Shown piece after piece: positions 8,694 through 16,128 of a DNA stretch of 64,000 bases. The notes below the pieces were generated by a model, which saw only the letters and a list, made by a program, of their open reading frames with translations, was not told where the DNA came from and did no database searches. Each line of letters opens with the position of its first letter. Position 1 is the stretch's first letter. Origin of the DNA: an uncultured Trueperaceae bacterium (lineage in GTDB: Bacteria; Deinococcota; Deinococci; Deinococcales; Trueperaceae); the NCBI GenBank assembly GCA_963727505.1, contig CAVSGP010000004.1:960001-1024000 (forward strand), read 5' to 3'. A program made the position numbers and the translations under genes.

Positions 8694-9848
8694 TCACGCG
8701 CTCCGGTACAGCTTGGTGAGCACGAACTCGCGGTGCCCGAGCGCCTCGGCGCAGCTGCGGCGACCGCGGACGGTACGCTCCACCACCGTCATGAGCTGCT
8801 CGCCCGCGCCTGCCACGTCGATCTCGCGCCGGAGGAGCCCACTGACGTCGAGGTCGATGTGCTCGCTCATGGTCCCGGCGGTGATGGGGTTGCCCGTCAG
8901 CTTGACCACCGGCTCGATGGGGTGGCCCACGATGTTGCCCTGCCCGGTCGGGAACAGGTGGATCACGGCGCCGGCGGCGGCCATGAGGGTGATGCACTCG
9001 GCGGCCGCCGAGGAGGTGTCCATGAAGTTCAGACCCTTCTTGCTCGGCGCCACGGCCGGCCCCAGCACGTCGACCACCGGCTTGGTGCCGGTCTTCTCGA
9101 TGTTGCCGAGCGCCTTCTCCTCGATGGTGCTGAGGCCCCCACGGATGTTGCCCTGGGTGGGCTGCGAGCCCATCAGGTCGGCGTCCTGCTCCTCGATCAT
9201 GCGGATGTAATCGTCGTAGGTCTCCTGGAAGCGCCGGCGCACATCGTCGTCGATGCAGCGTTCGGCGATGAGATGCTCGCCACCGGTGAGCTCGGAGGTC
9301 TCGCCGAAGAGCACGGTGCCGCCCGCCTCGATGACCTTGTCGACGACTTGCGCCACCGTGGGGCACGACGCCAGACCGGTGGTGGTATCGCTCTCGCCGC
9401 ACTTGATGCTGAGCGTGATCTCGCCCAGTTCGATCGGCACACGGGGGATCTCACCGGCCTCCTGGACGAAGCGCTGCGCGGCGCGCGCCGCGACCTTGAT
9501 GGTCTCGAGGTCACCGTGGCGTTCGATGGAGAAGCCGTGCACCGGGGTGCCCTGCGCACGGATCCCCTCGACGACGAGCTCGGTCCAGTTGGGCTCGATG
9601 CCGATCACGATGGCCGCGGCCACGTTGGGGTTGGAGCCGGTGCCGATCAGGGTCCGGAAGTGGAGTTCCAGATCCTCTCCGAACTGCAGCCGGCCGTAGG
9701 GGTGCGGGATGGCCAGCGCTTCGGGAACGAGCCGCGCTACCCCCTCGGCGGCGGCGTTGGAGATGTCGTCGACAGGGATGACGACCACGTGGTTGCGGAT
9801 GCCGACGCGGCCGTTGGCCCGCCTATAGCCGGTGAGTTCCGATGCCAT
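8694..9848 (-). CDS. suyB: (2R)-sulfolactate sulfo-lyase beta subunit (UxaA family)
   Basis: GYRRxNGRVGIRNHVVxxPVDDISNAA, PHxYGRLQFGEDLELHFRTLIGTGxNPNVAA, KCGESDTTTGL, MDTSSAAAECITL and C-terminal GHREFVLTKLYRSA resemble SuyB rather than generic altronate dehydratase. Confidence 0.88.
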   Translation of the reverse strand: MASELTGYRRANGRVGIRNHVVVIPVDDISNAAAEGVARLVPEALAIPHPYGRLQFGEDLELHFRTLIGTGSNPNVAAAIVIGIEPNWTELVVEGIRAQGTPVHGFSIERHGDLETIKVAARAAQRFVQEAGEIPRVPIELGEITLSIKCGESDTTTGLASCPTVAQVVDKVIEAGGTVLFGETSELTGGEHLIAERCIDDDVRRRFQETYDDYIRMIEEQDADLMGSQPTQGNIRGGLSTIEEKALGNIEKTGTKPVVDVLGPAVAPSKKGLNFMDTSSAAAECITLMAAAGAVIHLFPTGQGNIVGHPIEPVVKLTGNPITAGTMSEHIDLDVSGLLRREIDVAGAGEQLMTVVERTVRGRRSCAEALGHREFVLTKLYRSA

Positions 9849-9861
9849 GGTGCTCCCTCTC

Positions 9862-10140
9862 CTACCAGCGCGCCGAACGGATGTTGTGGGTGTGGACGTA
9901 GTCGCCGACCTCGATGTCGCTCGTGGCGATGCCGACGCGCGTACCGTACTCGGTGACCTCGTCGCCGCGCTTCAACGCGCGAACGGCGATCTTGTGGCTG
10001 AGCGGAACCGCGCCGCGCGCGGTGATACGAGCCTCGCCGCCGGTATCCATGAAGATGCCGACGATCGCGTCACCGACGTCGATGTCTTCGGTTGCGACCC
10101 CGACATCGTCGCCTTCGTTATGGACCAGGAACTTGTGTAT
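9862..10140 (-). CDS. suyA: (2R)-sulfolactate sulfo-lyase alpha subunit (SAF domain)
   Basis: FLVHxxGDxVGVA...VPLSHKIA...YG..G.A..DIxxGxxVHTHNxRSARW, directly upstream of suyB. Start placed at ATA 10140 (see findings); the ORF track uses 10227. Confidence 0.85.
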   Translation of the reverse strand: MHKFLVHNEGDDVGVATEDIDVGDAIVGIFMDTGGEARITARGAVPLSHKIAVRALKRGDEVTEYGTRVGIATSDIEVGDYVHTHNIRSARW

Positions 10141-10225
10141 GGCGAACCACCTCCCCTGCGGGCGCCCGGAGGCCCCACATGGTCCGGGCGCCCTTGGCGC
10201 CCGGTCGCTTGGTTGCGATGGCGCC

Positions 10226-10266
10226 ATTCTAGGGGGCAGCCAGCAACGATGTCAATTTTCAATTTT
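10226..10266 (-). promoter_or_regulatory. Sigma70-type promoter of the suyAB operon with AAAATTG direct repeats
   Basis: Minus strand: AAAATTG-AAAATTG-ACA, TTGACA (10255-10250), 18 nt, TAGAAT (10231-10226). An AT-rich patch in high-GC DNA. Confidence 0.8.
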
Positions 10267-10364
10267 GTGTCGAAAATTACGGCCTGCCGCGGCCCTGCCC
10301 CGAGGCCGTCCACGCGGGGGCAGGCACACAGCAGCGAGGCCGCGCCCGCAAGATCACGTCTGCG

Positions 10365-10428
10365 GCGTCACTGCAGTCGCGTCACTGCAGTCGCGTCACT
10401 GCGGCCGCGTCACTGCGGCCGCGTCACT
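10365..10428. repeat. 14-bp tandem repeat, about 4.5 copies
   Basis: gcgtcactgcagtc x2, gcgtcactgcggcc x2, then partial gcgtcact. Confidence 0.9.
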
Positions 10429-10645
10429 CCAGCAAGGCCGCGTCGGACGCCGGCGTGACGCCGGCCAGGTCCCGCCCACACCACGGGCAGTAGCGGACAT
10501 TCACGCGTTGCTGGCGGGCGCGCCCGCCGGGCGGAACGGTGGTCAGCACCCACGACCGACTGCGTGAGCTGTAGAAGACGATGCCTTCGATCTGTCCGGT
10601 CTCGGGCCGGCAGAGGTGGTTCGAGGGGTGTGTTTCCTCACGCAT
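10424..10645 (-). CDS. Small hypothetical protein with HxC...CPWCG putative zinc site
   Basis: 73 aa; ATG 3 nt after the dehydrogenase stop, with GGAG/GAGG upstream; VRYCPWCGRDL knuckle. Confidence 0.6.
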   Translation of the reverse strand: MREETHPSNHLCRPETGQIEGIVFYSSRSRSWVLTTVPPGGRARQQRVNVRYCPWCGRDLAGVTPASDAALLE

Positions 10646-10648
10646 GCC

Positions 10649-11638
10649 TCAACTCCCGACCGCGCTGCGAACCGGGTTGAGCGGGGCTTCGCCGCGCAGG
10701 CAACGCGCGACCTCCTCGGCGGCGAGCCGGCGCATGCGCGCCTGCGCCTGCTCCGAGTACCAGGCCATGTGGGGCGTCAGCAGCACGGACGGATGGCTGC
10801 GTAGCGGGTCGTCGGCCGACGGCGGCTCCCCCTCGGCCACGTCCAGTCCGGCGCCCGCCAACCGGCCCTCGTCGAGGGCGCGCAGCAGCGCGGGCTCGTC
10901 GATGAGGCCACCGCGGCTGACGTTGACGACGAACGCCCCGTCGGGCAGGAGCGCCAGCTCGCGCTCGCCCAGCAGGTGTCGCGTGGAGTCGCTGAGCGGC
11001 AGGTGAAGGCTGACCACCTGCGCATCACGAAGTACGTCCTCCAGCGACGAGCGCAACTCGAGCGCGCCACCGGTGGGGTCGGAGGTCACGAACGGGTCGA
11101 AGCCGGTGAGCCGGAAGCCCAAGCCCTTCAGGAACTCCGCCGCGCGCCGGCCGATTCGTCCGAGGCCGAGCACGGCCACGGTGGTCGCCTCGGGCGCGGC
11201 GATGGGCCGCACCTCGGCCACCCCCCAGCCACCCGCCCGGACGTGTCCGGCCGCCGTCATGATCTTGCGGGTCAGCGACAGGATCAACGTCACGGCGTGG
11301 AGCGCCACCTCGTCGGTGCAGTAGTCCAGTACGTTGCATACCTGCACGCCGACCTCTGCGGCCGCATCCACGTCGATGCGGTCCACGCCGATGCCGTAGC
11401 GCACCAGCGCCTCCACACCACGCATCTCGGCCAGGACCGCGCGCGTGAAGCGTGGCGCCGACCCGGCAAGGACGGCGGCAGCGCCACGGCAACTGTCGAC
11501 AAGCGCCGCCCCTTCGTCGCCCTGGGCCCGCACGACCTCTACGCCAAGCGGGGCCAGCACGGCCTCCTCGATATCGAGCGGATCGAAGCGCGCGCCACAC
11601 ACGACGACGCGCCGCGGGCCCGCGGCGGCGCCCGTCAT
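10649..11638 (-). CDS. D-isomer-specific 2-hydroxyacid dehydrogenase (SerA/CtBP-like)
   Basis: RYGIGVDRID, DYCTDEVALH, GLGRIG, VNVSRGGLID, LLTPHMAWYS. Start at MTGAAAG (11638). Confidence 0.9.
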   Translation of the reverse strand: MTGAAAGPRRVVVCGARFDPLDIEEAVLAPLGVEVVRAQGDEGAALVDSCRGAAAVLAGSAPRFTRAVLAEMRGVEALVRYGIGVDRIDVDAAAEVGVQVCNVLDYCTDEVALHAVTLILSLTRKIMTAAGHVRAGGWGVAEVRPIAAPEATTVAVLGLGRIGRRAAEFLKGLGFRLTGFDPFVTSDPTGGALELRSSLEDVLRDAQVVSLHLPLSDSTRHLLGERELALLPDGAFVVNVSRGGLIDEPALLRALDEGRLAGAGLDVAEGEPPSADDPLRSHPSVLLTPHMAWYSEQAQARMRRLAAEEVARCLRGEAPLNPVRSAVGS

Positions 11639-11708
11639 CGCTCGCTCGCGTTCGAACACGCCACGCGACGCGGCGAACGGGGACGGTGCTGCCTGAGGTG
11701 CGGCGTGT

Positions 11709-12428
11709 TCACGAGGATACCTCCGCCTTGCCATGGGTCACAGGAAGCTCGAGCTCGGAGCCGAGGTGCGTCAGAAGGGCAGCGCCGGCATTGCGCACGT
11801 GCTCCCGCATGGAGGCCTCCGCCGACCTCGCTTCACCCCGCGCTACGTGTTCCAGGATGCGGTCGTGCTCCGCCATCGAGGAGGGCAGGCGCCCTTCGAC
11901 CTCTGCGGAGGTGCCGATCAGCAGGCGGACCTGCCCCATCAACATCTCGGACATCCTCAGCAGCCGGTCGTTGCCCGACGCCTCCCACACCGTGCGGTGG
12001 AAGGCGACGTCGAGGTCGGCGTAGCGCGCCAGGTCGCGGTCGTCGCAGCACTCGACCTGCTCTTCGTGCAACGAGCGCAGCGAGCTCGCCAGGGCCTTGG
12101 GGTCCGTCTCAACGGCAAGCCGCATCGCGAGCCCTTCCAGGACCTCCCGCAGGGTGTAGATGTCGACGATGTCCGGGGGCTCGAGGGTGATGACGGAGTA
12201 GCCGCGATGCGGCCTGGACTCCACCAGGCCCTCGCGCTCCAGCGCCGCCAGCGCCTGATTGATCGGCGTCGGCGAGAGCTCCAGTTGCTCGACCAGGTCC
12301 CGCATGACCAGCTTGCTCCCGGCCGGCAGGGTCCGTGTCAGGATCCCCTCCCGCAACGCGTCGTAGGCCTGGCGGGACAGGACATCCCGTTCTGGAGCGT
12401 GCAGTTTGCCGATCGTCGGCTTCCCCAT
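11709..12428 (-). CDS. GntR family (FCD) transcriptional regulator
   Basis: N-terminal wHTH (SPTPINQALAALEREGLV), FCD domain (DVAFH, SGNDRL, EHDRI). TAGACT lies 7 nt before the ATG, suggesting a leaderless transcript. Confidence 0.92.
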   Translation of the reverse strand: MGKPTIGKLHAPERDVLSRQAYDALREGILTRTLPAGSKLVMRDLVEQLELSPTPINQALAALEREGLVESRPHRGYSVITLEPPDIVDIYTLREVLEGLAMRLAVETDPKALASSLRSLHEEQVECCDDRDLARYADLDVAFHRTVWEASGNDRLLRMSEMLMGQVRLLIGTSAEVEGRLPSSMAEHDRILEHVARGEARSAEASMREHVRNAGAALLTHLGSELELPVTHGKAEVSS

Positions 12429-12447
12429 GCTCAGGAGTCTATAACAA

Positions 12448-12487
12448 AAAATTGAAAATTGACAATTGACCCCTCACGACCTAGAAT
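12448..12487 (+). promoter_or_regulatory. Sigma70-type promoter of the ABC operon with AAAATTG direct repeats
   Basis: AAAATTG AAAATTG ACAATTG; TTGACA (12459-12464), 17 nt, TAGAAT (12482-12487). The 17-bp core is identical to that in the suyA promoter. Confidence 0.82.
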
Positions 12488-12642
12488 TGCCGAATCGACA
12501 ATCTCGTTGCCTAGCACGCGCACGTGCGCCGCCACCGTTGCGGACGTGGGTGCCGATGCGCCGGGAGGTGGCTCATCCACGGGTTCCTCGTTCTTACCAG
12601 CTTCGCACGCAACAGGGGTCACGCCCGGGCATGCGTTCGACC

Positions 12643-13428
12643 ATGACGGTCTCCACTCAGCCGCGGCAGGCGAAGGCCACCGCCACCAACATCTCGAAGT
12701 GGTACGGCGACCTCGAGGTGCTGCACAACGTCAGTCTCGAGATCCACCAGCACGAGTTCCTGTGCCTGCTCGGACCGAGCGGCTGCGGGAAGACGACCCT
12801 GCTGAGGATCCTCGACGGGCTCATCCGCCCCGACGAAGGCAACGTGCGCCTCGACGACGAGATCATCACCGGGCCGCCCCGACAGGCGGCCGTGGTGTTC
12901 CAGCAGTTCGGGCTCTTCCCCTGGAAGACCGTCAGTCAGAACGTGGCCTTCCCGCTGGTCCTCGCCAACGTCCCCAAGGCGCAGATCGAGGAGAAGGTGC
13001 AATGGGCGGTCGACCTCGTCGGGTTGAAGGGCTTCGAGGCCTCCTTCCCCGACAATCTCTCCGGCGGGATGCGGCAGCGCGTCGGCATCGCACGGGCCCT
13101 CGCCCTCGGACCCGAGCTCCTGCTCATGGACGAGCCGTTCGCCTCGGTCGACGCCTACACCCGGGAGCTGCTCCAGGGCGAGCTGCTGTCGATCTGGGAG
13201 CGCTTCCGCCAGACGGTGGTCTTCGTGACCCACAGCATCGACGAGGCCATCACGCTGGCCGATCGCATCGTGGTCATGAAGACCAAGCCGGGTGAGGTCT
13301 ATCACGTGTTCGACGTGCCGATCGAACGTCCGCGCACCGTCGACACGGTCCGCAAGCACCCCGCCTACGAGCCGCTGCGCGAGACCATCTGGCAGGACAT
13401 GCTCAAGGGCAGCGGAAGGGAAGTGTGA
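12643..13428 (+). CDS. NitT/TauT/SsuB-type ABC transporter ATP-binding protein
   Basis: GPSGCGKTT, VFQQFGLFPW, LSGGMRQRVGIARAL, LLMDEPF, FVTHSIDEA. Start is 12643 or 12631. Confidence 0.92.
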   Translation: MTVSTQPRQAKATATNISKWYGDLEVLHNVSLEIHQHEFLCLLGPSGCGKTTLLRILDGLIRPDEGNVRLDDEIITGPPRQAAVVFQQFGLFPWKTVSQNVAFPLVLANVPKAQIEEKVQWAVDLVGLKGFEASFPDNLSGGMRQRVGIARALALGPELLLMDEPFASVDAYTRELLQGELLSIWERFRQTVVFVTHSIDEAITLADRIVVMKTKPGEVYHVFDVPIERPRTVDTVRKHPAYEPLRETIWQDMLKGSGREV

Positions 13429-14270
13429 TGGACGTGCAGGAGCGCCATCCCGACGCACGAGGCGCGCTGCGCGAACGGGTCCAGCAGCGCAGGCGGCAGG
13501 CCGTGCGCCGCAGCCGGAACCGCTTCTTGCTCATCCGGGTGTTGTCGTTCGTGGTGGTGCTGGGCGCCTGGCAGATCTACGGCGCCAACACCCTGGAGAT
13601 CATCTTCACGCCGTTCACCACGGTCATCGCTCACCTCTTCGAGCTGCTCGTCTCGGGGCCGCTGGCCGGCGCCATCCTCTACAGCGTGTCGATGTTCCTG
13701 GGCGGGCTGGTGATCGGCAGCCTCATCGGGATCACCCTCGGCGTCGCCATGGGCCGCTTCGCGGTGTTCGAAGCCGCGGTAGGGATGTACGTCTACGCCA
13801 TCTACTCCACACCGCTGGTCGCCCTGATCCCGCTCATCTCGCTGTGGTTCGGCTTCGGCGTGCAGGCGCAGCTCATCATCATCTCCATGTTCGTCCTCTT
13901 CCCCGTCACGATTGCCGTGTACAACGGTGTGCGTAGCGTGGATGCCTCGCTGATCGAGGTCGCGCGTTCGTTCCGCGCCAACGAGATGGCGATGTGGCGC
14001 CACGTCATCATCCCGAGCGTCGTGCCCTACATCGTCACGGGGCTCAGCCAGGGCGTGGCCATGGGTCTGGTGGGGATGTTCATCTCCGAGATCTACACGG
14101 CGCTGTCGGGCATGGGGCAGATCCTCGCCTTCTCGGCAAACGCCTACAAGACGGCGGACATGCTGGCGGTCCTGCTCACCGTGATGATCCTGGGGGTCTT
14201 CTTCCGGACGGTCATCGAGGAGCTCAGGAAGCGCCTCGCGCCGTGGTTCAGCAAGGACTCCGGCCGGTGA
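13425..14270 (+). CDS. NitT/TauT/SsuC-type ABC permease
   Basis: Multiple TM segments, EAA loop LIEVARSFRANE. Confidence 0.9.
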   Translation: MMDVQERHPDARGALRERVQQRRRQAVRRSRNRFLLIRVLSFVVVLGAWQIYGANTLEIIFTPFTTVIAHLFELLVSGPLAGAILYSVSMFLGGLVIGSLIGITLGVAMGRFAVFEAAVGMYVYAIYSTPLVALIPLISLWFGFGVQAQLIIISMFVLFPVTIAVYNGVRSVDASLIEVARSFRANEMAMWRHVIIPSVVPYIVTGLSQGVAMGLVGMFISEIYTALSGMGQILAFSANAYKTADMLAVLLTVMILGVFFRTVIEELRKRLAPWFSKDSGR

Positions 14271-14355
14271 GCGCCGCTCCCGCCGAGGGTAGAAGTGCAT
14301 CGGTGTTCCCGGGACGGAATGCGTCCGTTCCCGAGCACGTCAAGGGAGGCAGCAG

Positions 14356-15435
14356 ATGAGCAGGTCCAACGAAGGATGGTTCAAGAGCAAGCCGCTGGGC
14401 GCATGGGTCGCGGCCGGGTTCGTGGTCGTGGCCCTGCTGGCCGGGTCCGCGAGCGCGCAGTCCTCGAACGACTGGGCGAACGTGACCGACGCGACCCCCT
14501 GGGGAACGATCGGAGCGACGGTGGCGGTGTCGCCACCCAAGGCCGTCTTCCTCGTGCCCTTCATCGCACAGGCCGAAGGGTTCTTCGACAAGGAGCACCT
14601 GCACGTCAAGCTGGTCCCCGAGACCAGCGGCGTCCCGGCCTTCCTGAGCACCGTTTCCGGCTCCACCAAGTTCTCCTTCACCTCCGCCACGGACCCCATC
14701 ATCGCCGCCTCCCACGGCAAGGCCGCCCACGTCATCTGGTCGTATGGCCTCAAGCTCGACACCGTATGCATCGGCGGTGACGGCGTCAAGTCCGCCAAGG
14801 ACCTGGTGGGCAAGAACGTGGGGGTCACCGACACCGGCGGCTTCGCCCAGACCCTGCTCCAGGCCTGCCTCGACCCCGCGGGCGTGTCGCTCGACAGCGT
14901 CCACATGATCCATATGCAGCGCTCCGGCTTCGTTCCCGCCATGGTCAGCCACCGCATCTCGGCCGCCGTCTTCCACGCCGACGGCGCCTACGTCGTCCTG
15001 CAGAAGGACCCCGGCGTGACCACGCTCGCCTACGAGTACAAGGCCATCCCCGACTGGTGGTACGGCGCGCTGGCGGCCAACGACGCCTACGCCGACAGCC
15101 ACCCCGCCGAAGTGAAGCGGTTCCTGCGCGCCCTGGTGCTCGCCAGCCGCTGGATGTACGACCCGGCCAACAAGGCCAAGGTCATCGCCGACGGGGCCAA
15201 GGCCAGCGGCGAGGATCCCGCCGCCATCGAGTACGCCTACAACTTGATGATCGACGGCAAGATCTGGCCGCTGAACGAGGGCCTGCCCACCCAGAAGTCG
15301 TTCCAGTACACCGCGCAGAAGCTCAAGGACTTCGGCGAGATCGATACCATCCCCACCTACAGCCACACCATCGACGCCTCCTTCGTCGACGCCGTGCTGC
15401 AGAACATCGGGAAGGTCGATCCCTCGAAGTACTAG
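14356..15435 (+). CDS. ABC substrate-binding protein, NMT1/SsuA/TauA-like
   Basis: Signal peptide (ASAQ), IAQAEGFFDKEHL, KDLVGKNVGVT, VKRFLRAL; third gene of the TauT-type operon. Confidence 0.85.
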   Translation: MSRSNEGWFKSKPLGAWVAAGFVVVALLAGSASAQSSNDWANVTDATPWGTIGATVAVSPPKAVFLVPFIAQAEGFFDKEHLHVKLVPETSGVPAFLSTVSGSTKFSFTSATDPIIAASHGKAAHVIWSYGLKLDTVCIGGDGVKSAKDLVGKNVGVTDTGGFAQTLLQACLDPAGVSLDSVHMIHMQRSGFVPAMVSHRISAAVFHADGAYVVLQKDPGVTTLAYEYKAIPDWWYGALAANDAYADSHPAEVKRFLRALVLASRWMYDPANKAKVIADGAKASGEDPAAIEYAYNLMIDGKIWPLNEGLPTQKSFQYTAQKLKDFGEIDTIPTYSHTIDASFVDAVLQNIGKVDPSKY

Positions 15436-15640
15436 CGCCACCGACCACCGAATCCCACCCTTGGAGCGCCCCGCGGGCCCCGAGGAACGCCGGCCGCCAG
15501 CCCCCTTCGGGCTCGGCGGCCGGCGGCCGTTGGGGCAAGGGGTCACGGCCGCTGCGACGCCTTCGCCCGCACCCTTCTGTAGCCTCTCTGTGGCCTCGTC
15601 CGGTGTCCTCGGGCGCCGACGCCCCTAGACTGGCCGCAGC

Positions 15641-16021
15641 ATGGATACCGCTCCGGACGCCGGGACCGCCTGCATCGCCAACATCAGCCTCTCCGAGCGC
15701 CGACGGCGCCTCGCCTTCGGGATCGCCGCGCTCGTGCTGGGCGCCGCGGCCTTCGCTGCGCTGCTCCTCGGCGGCGCCGACCGCTGGTGGCGCCTGCCGC
15801 TGGTCCTGCTCTTCTACCCGGCGGCGATCGGCTACTTCCAGTGGCGCGACCAGACCTGCGTGGCGCTGGCGGCGCGCAGCGAGCGCAAGCTCGGCGAGCG
15901 CGCCGAACGCATCGACGATGCCGACGAGCTCGCAGCAGTGCGGGCGCAGGCGACCCGTGTCCAGCGCAAGGCGCTGGCGGCTGCGGCGGTGCTGGTGGTC
16001 GTATCGTTGCTCGTTCCCTAG
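15641..16021 (+). CDS. Hypothetical membrane protein (CxxNI..ERRRR / FQxRxxxCV motifs)
   Basis: 126 aa, 3 hydrophobic segments, GC3-rich codon pattern, TAGACT shortly upstream. Confidence 0.7.
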   Translation: MDTAPDAGTACIANISLSERRRRLAFGIAALVLGAAAFAALLLGGADRWWRLPLVLLFYPAAIGYFQWRDQTCVALAARSERKLGERAERIDDADELAAVRAQATRVQRKALAAAAVLVVVSLLVP

Positions 16022-16128
16022 CGTTCCGCCGACCTTCCACGCGCCCCGCTGTAAGAACGCGGTGACGGCCCACTCCCTACCGTAGGTACCTCGTGGGGAC
16101 CTTTGGGGGAGCGAGGACGGCAGGAATC

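Noticed and set aside
8694..9848. Calling this gene altronate or galactarate dehydratase (uxaA/garD)
   Set aside because: The split alpha/beta organisation and SuyB-type segments (HxYGRLQFGEDLELHFRT, KLYRSA) favour sulfolactate sulfo-lyase.
10141..10227. 29-aa N-terminal extension of SuyA from ATG 10227
   Set aside because: That ATG overlaps the -10 box, has no SD, and the extension is low-complexity.
10365..10428. Possible mini-CRISPR
   Set aside because: Contiguous 14-bp units with no spacers, and no cas genes in the window.
10649..11638. Assigning this dehydrogenase as the ComC-type (R)-sulfolactate dehydrogenase
   Set aside because: It belongs to the D-2-hydroxyacid family, not the Ldh_2/ComC family; substrate left unassigned.
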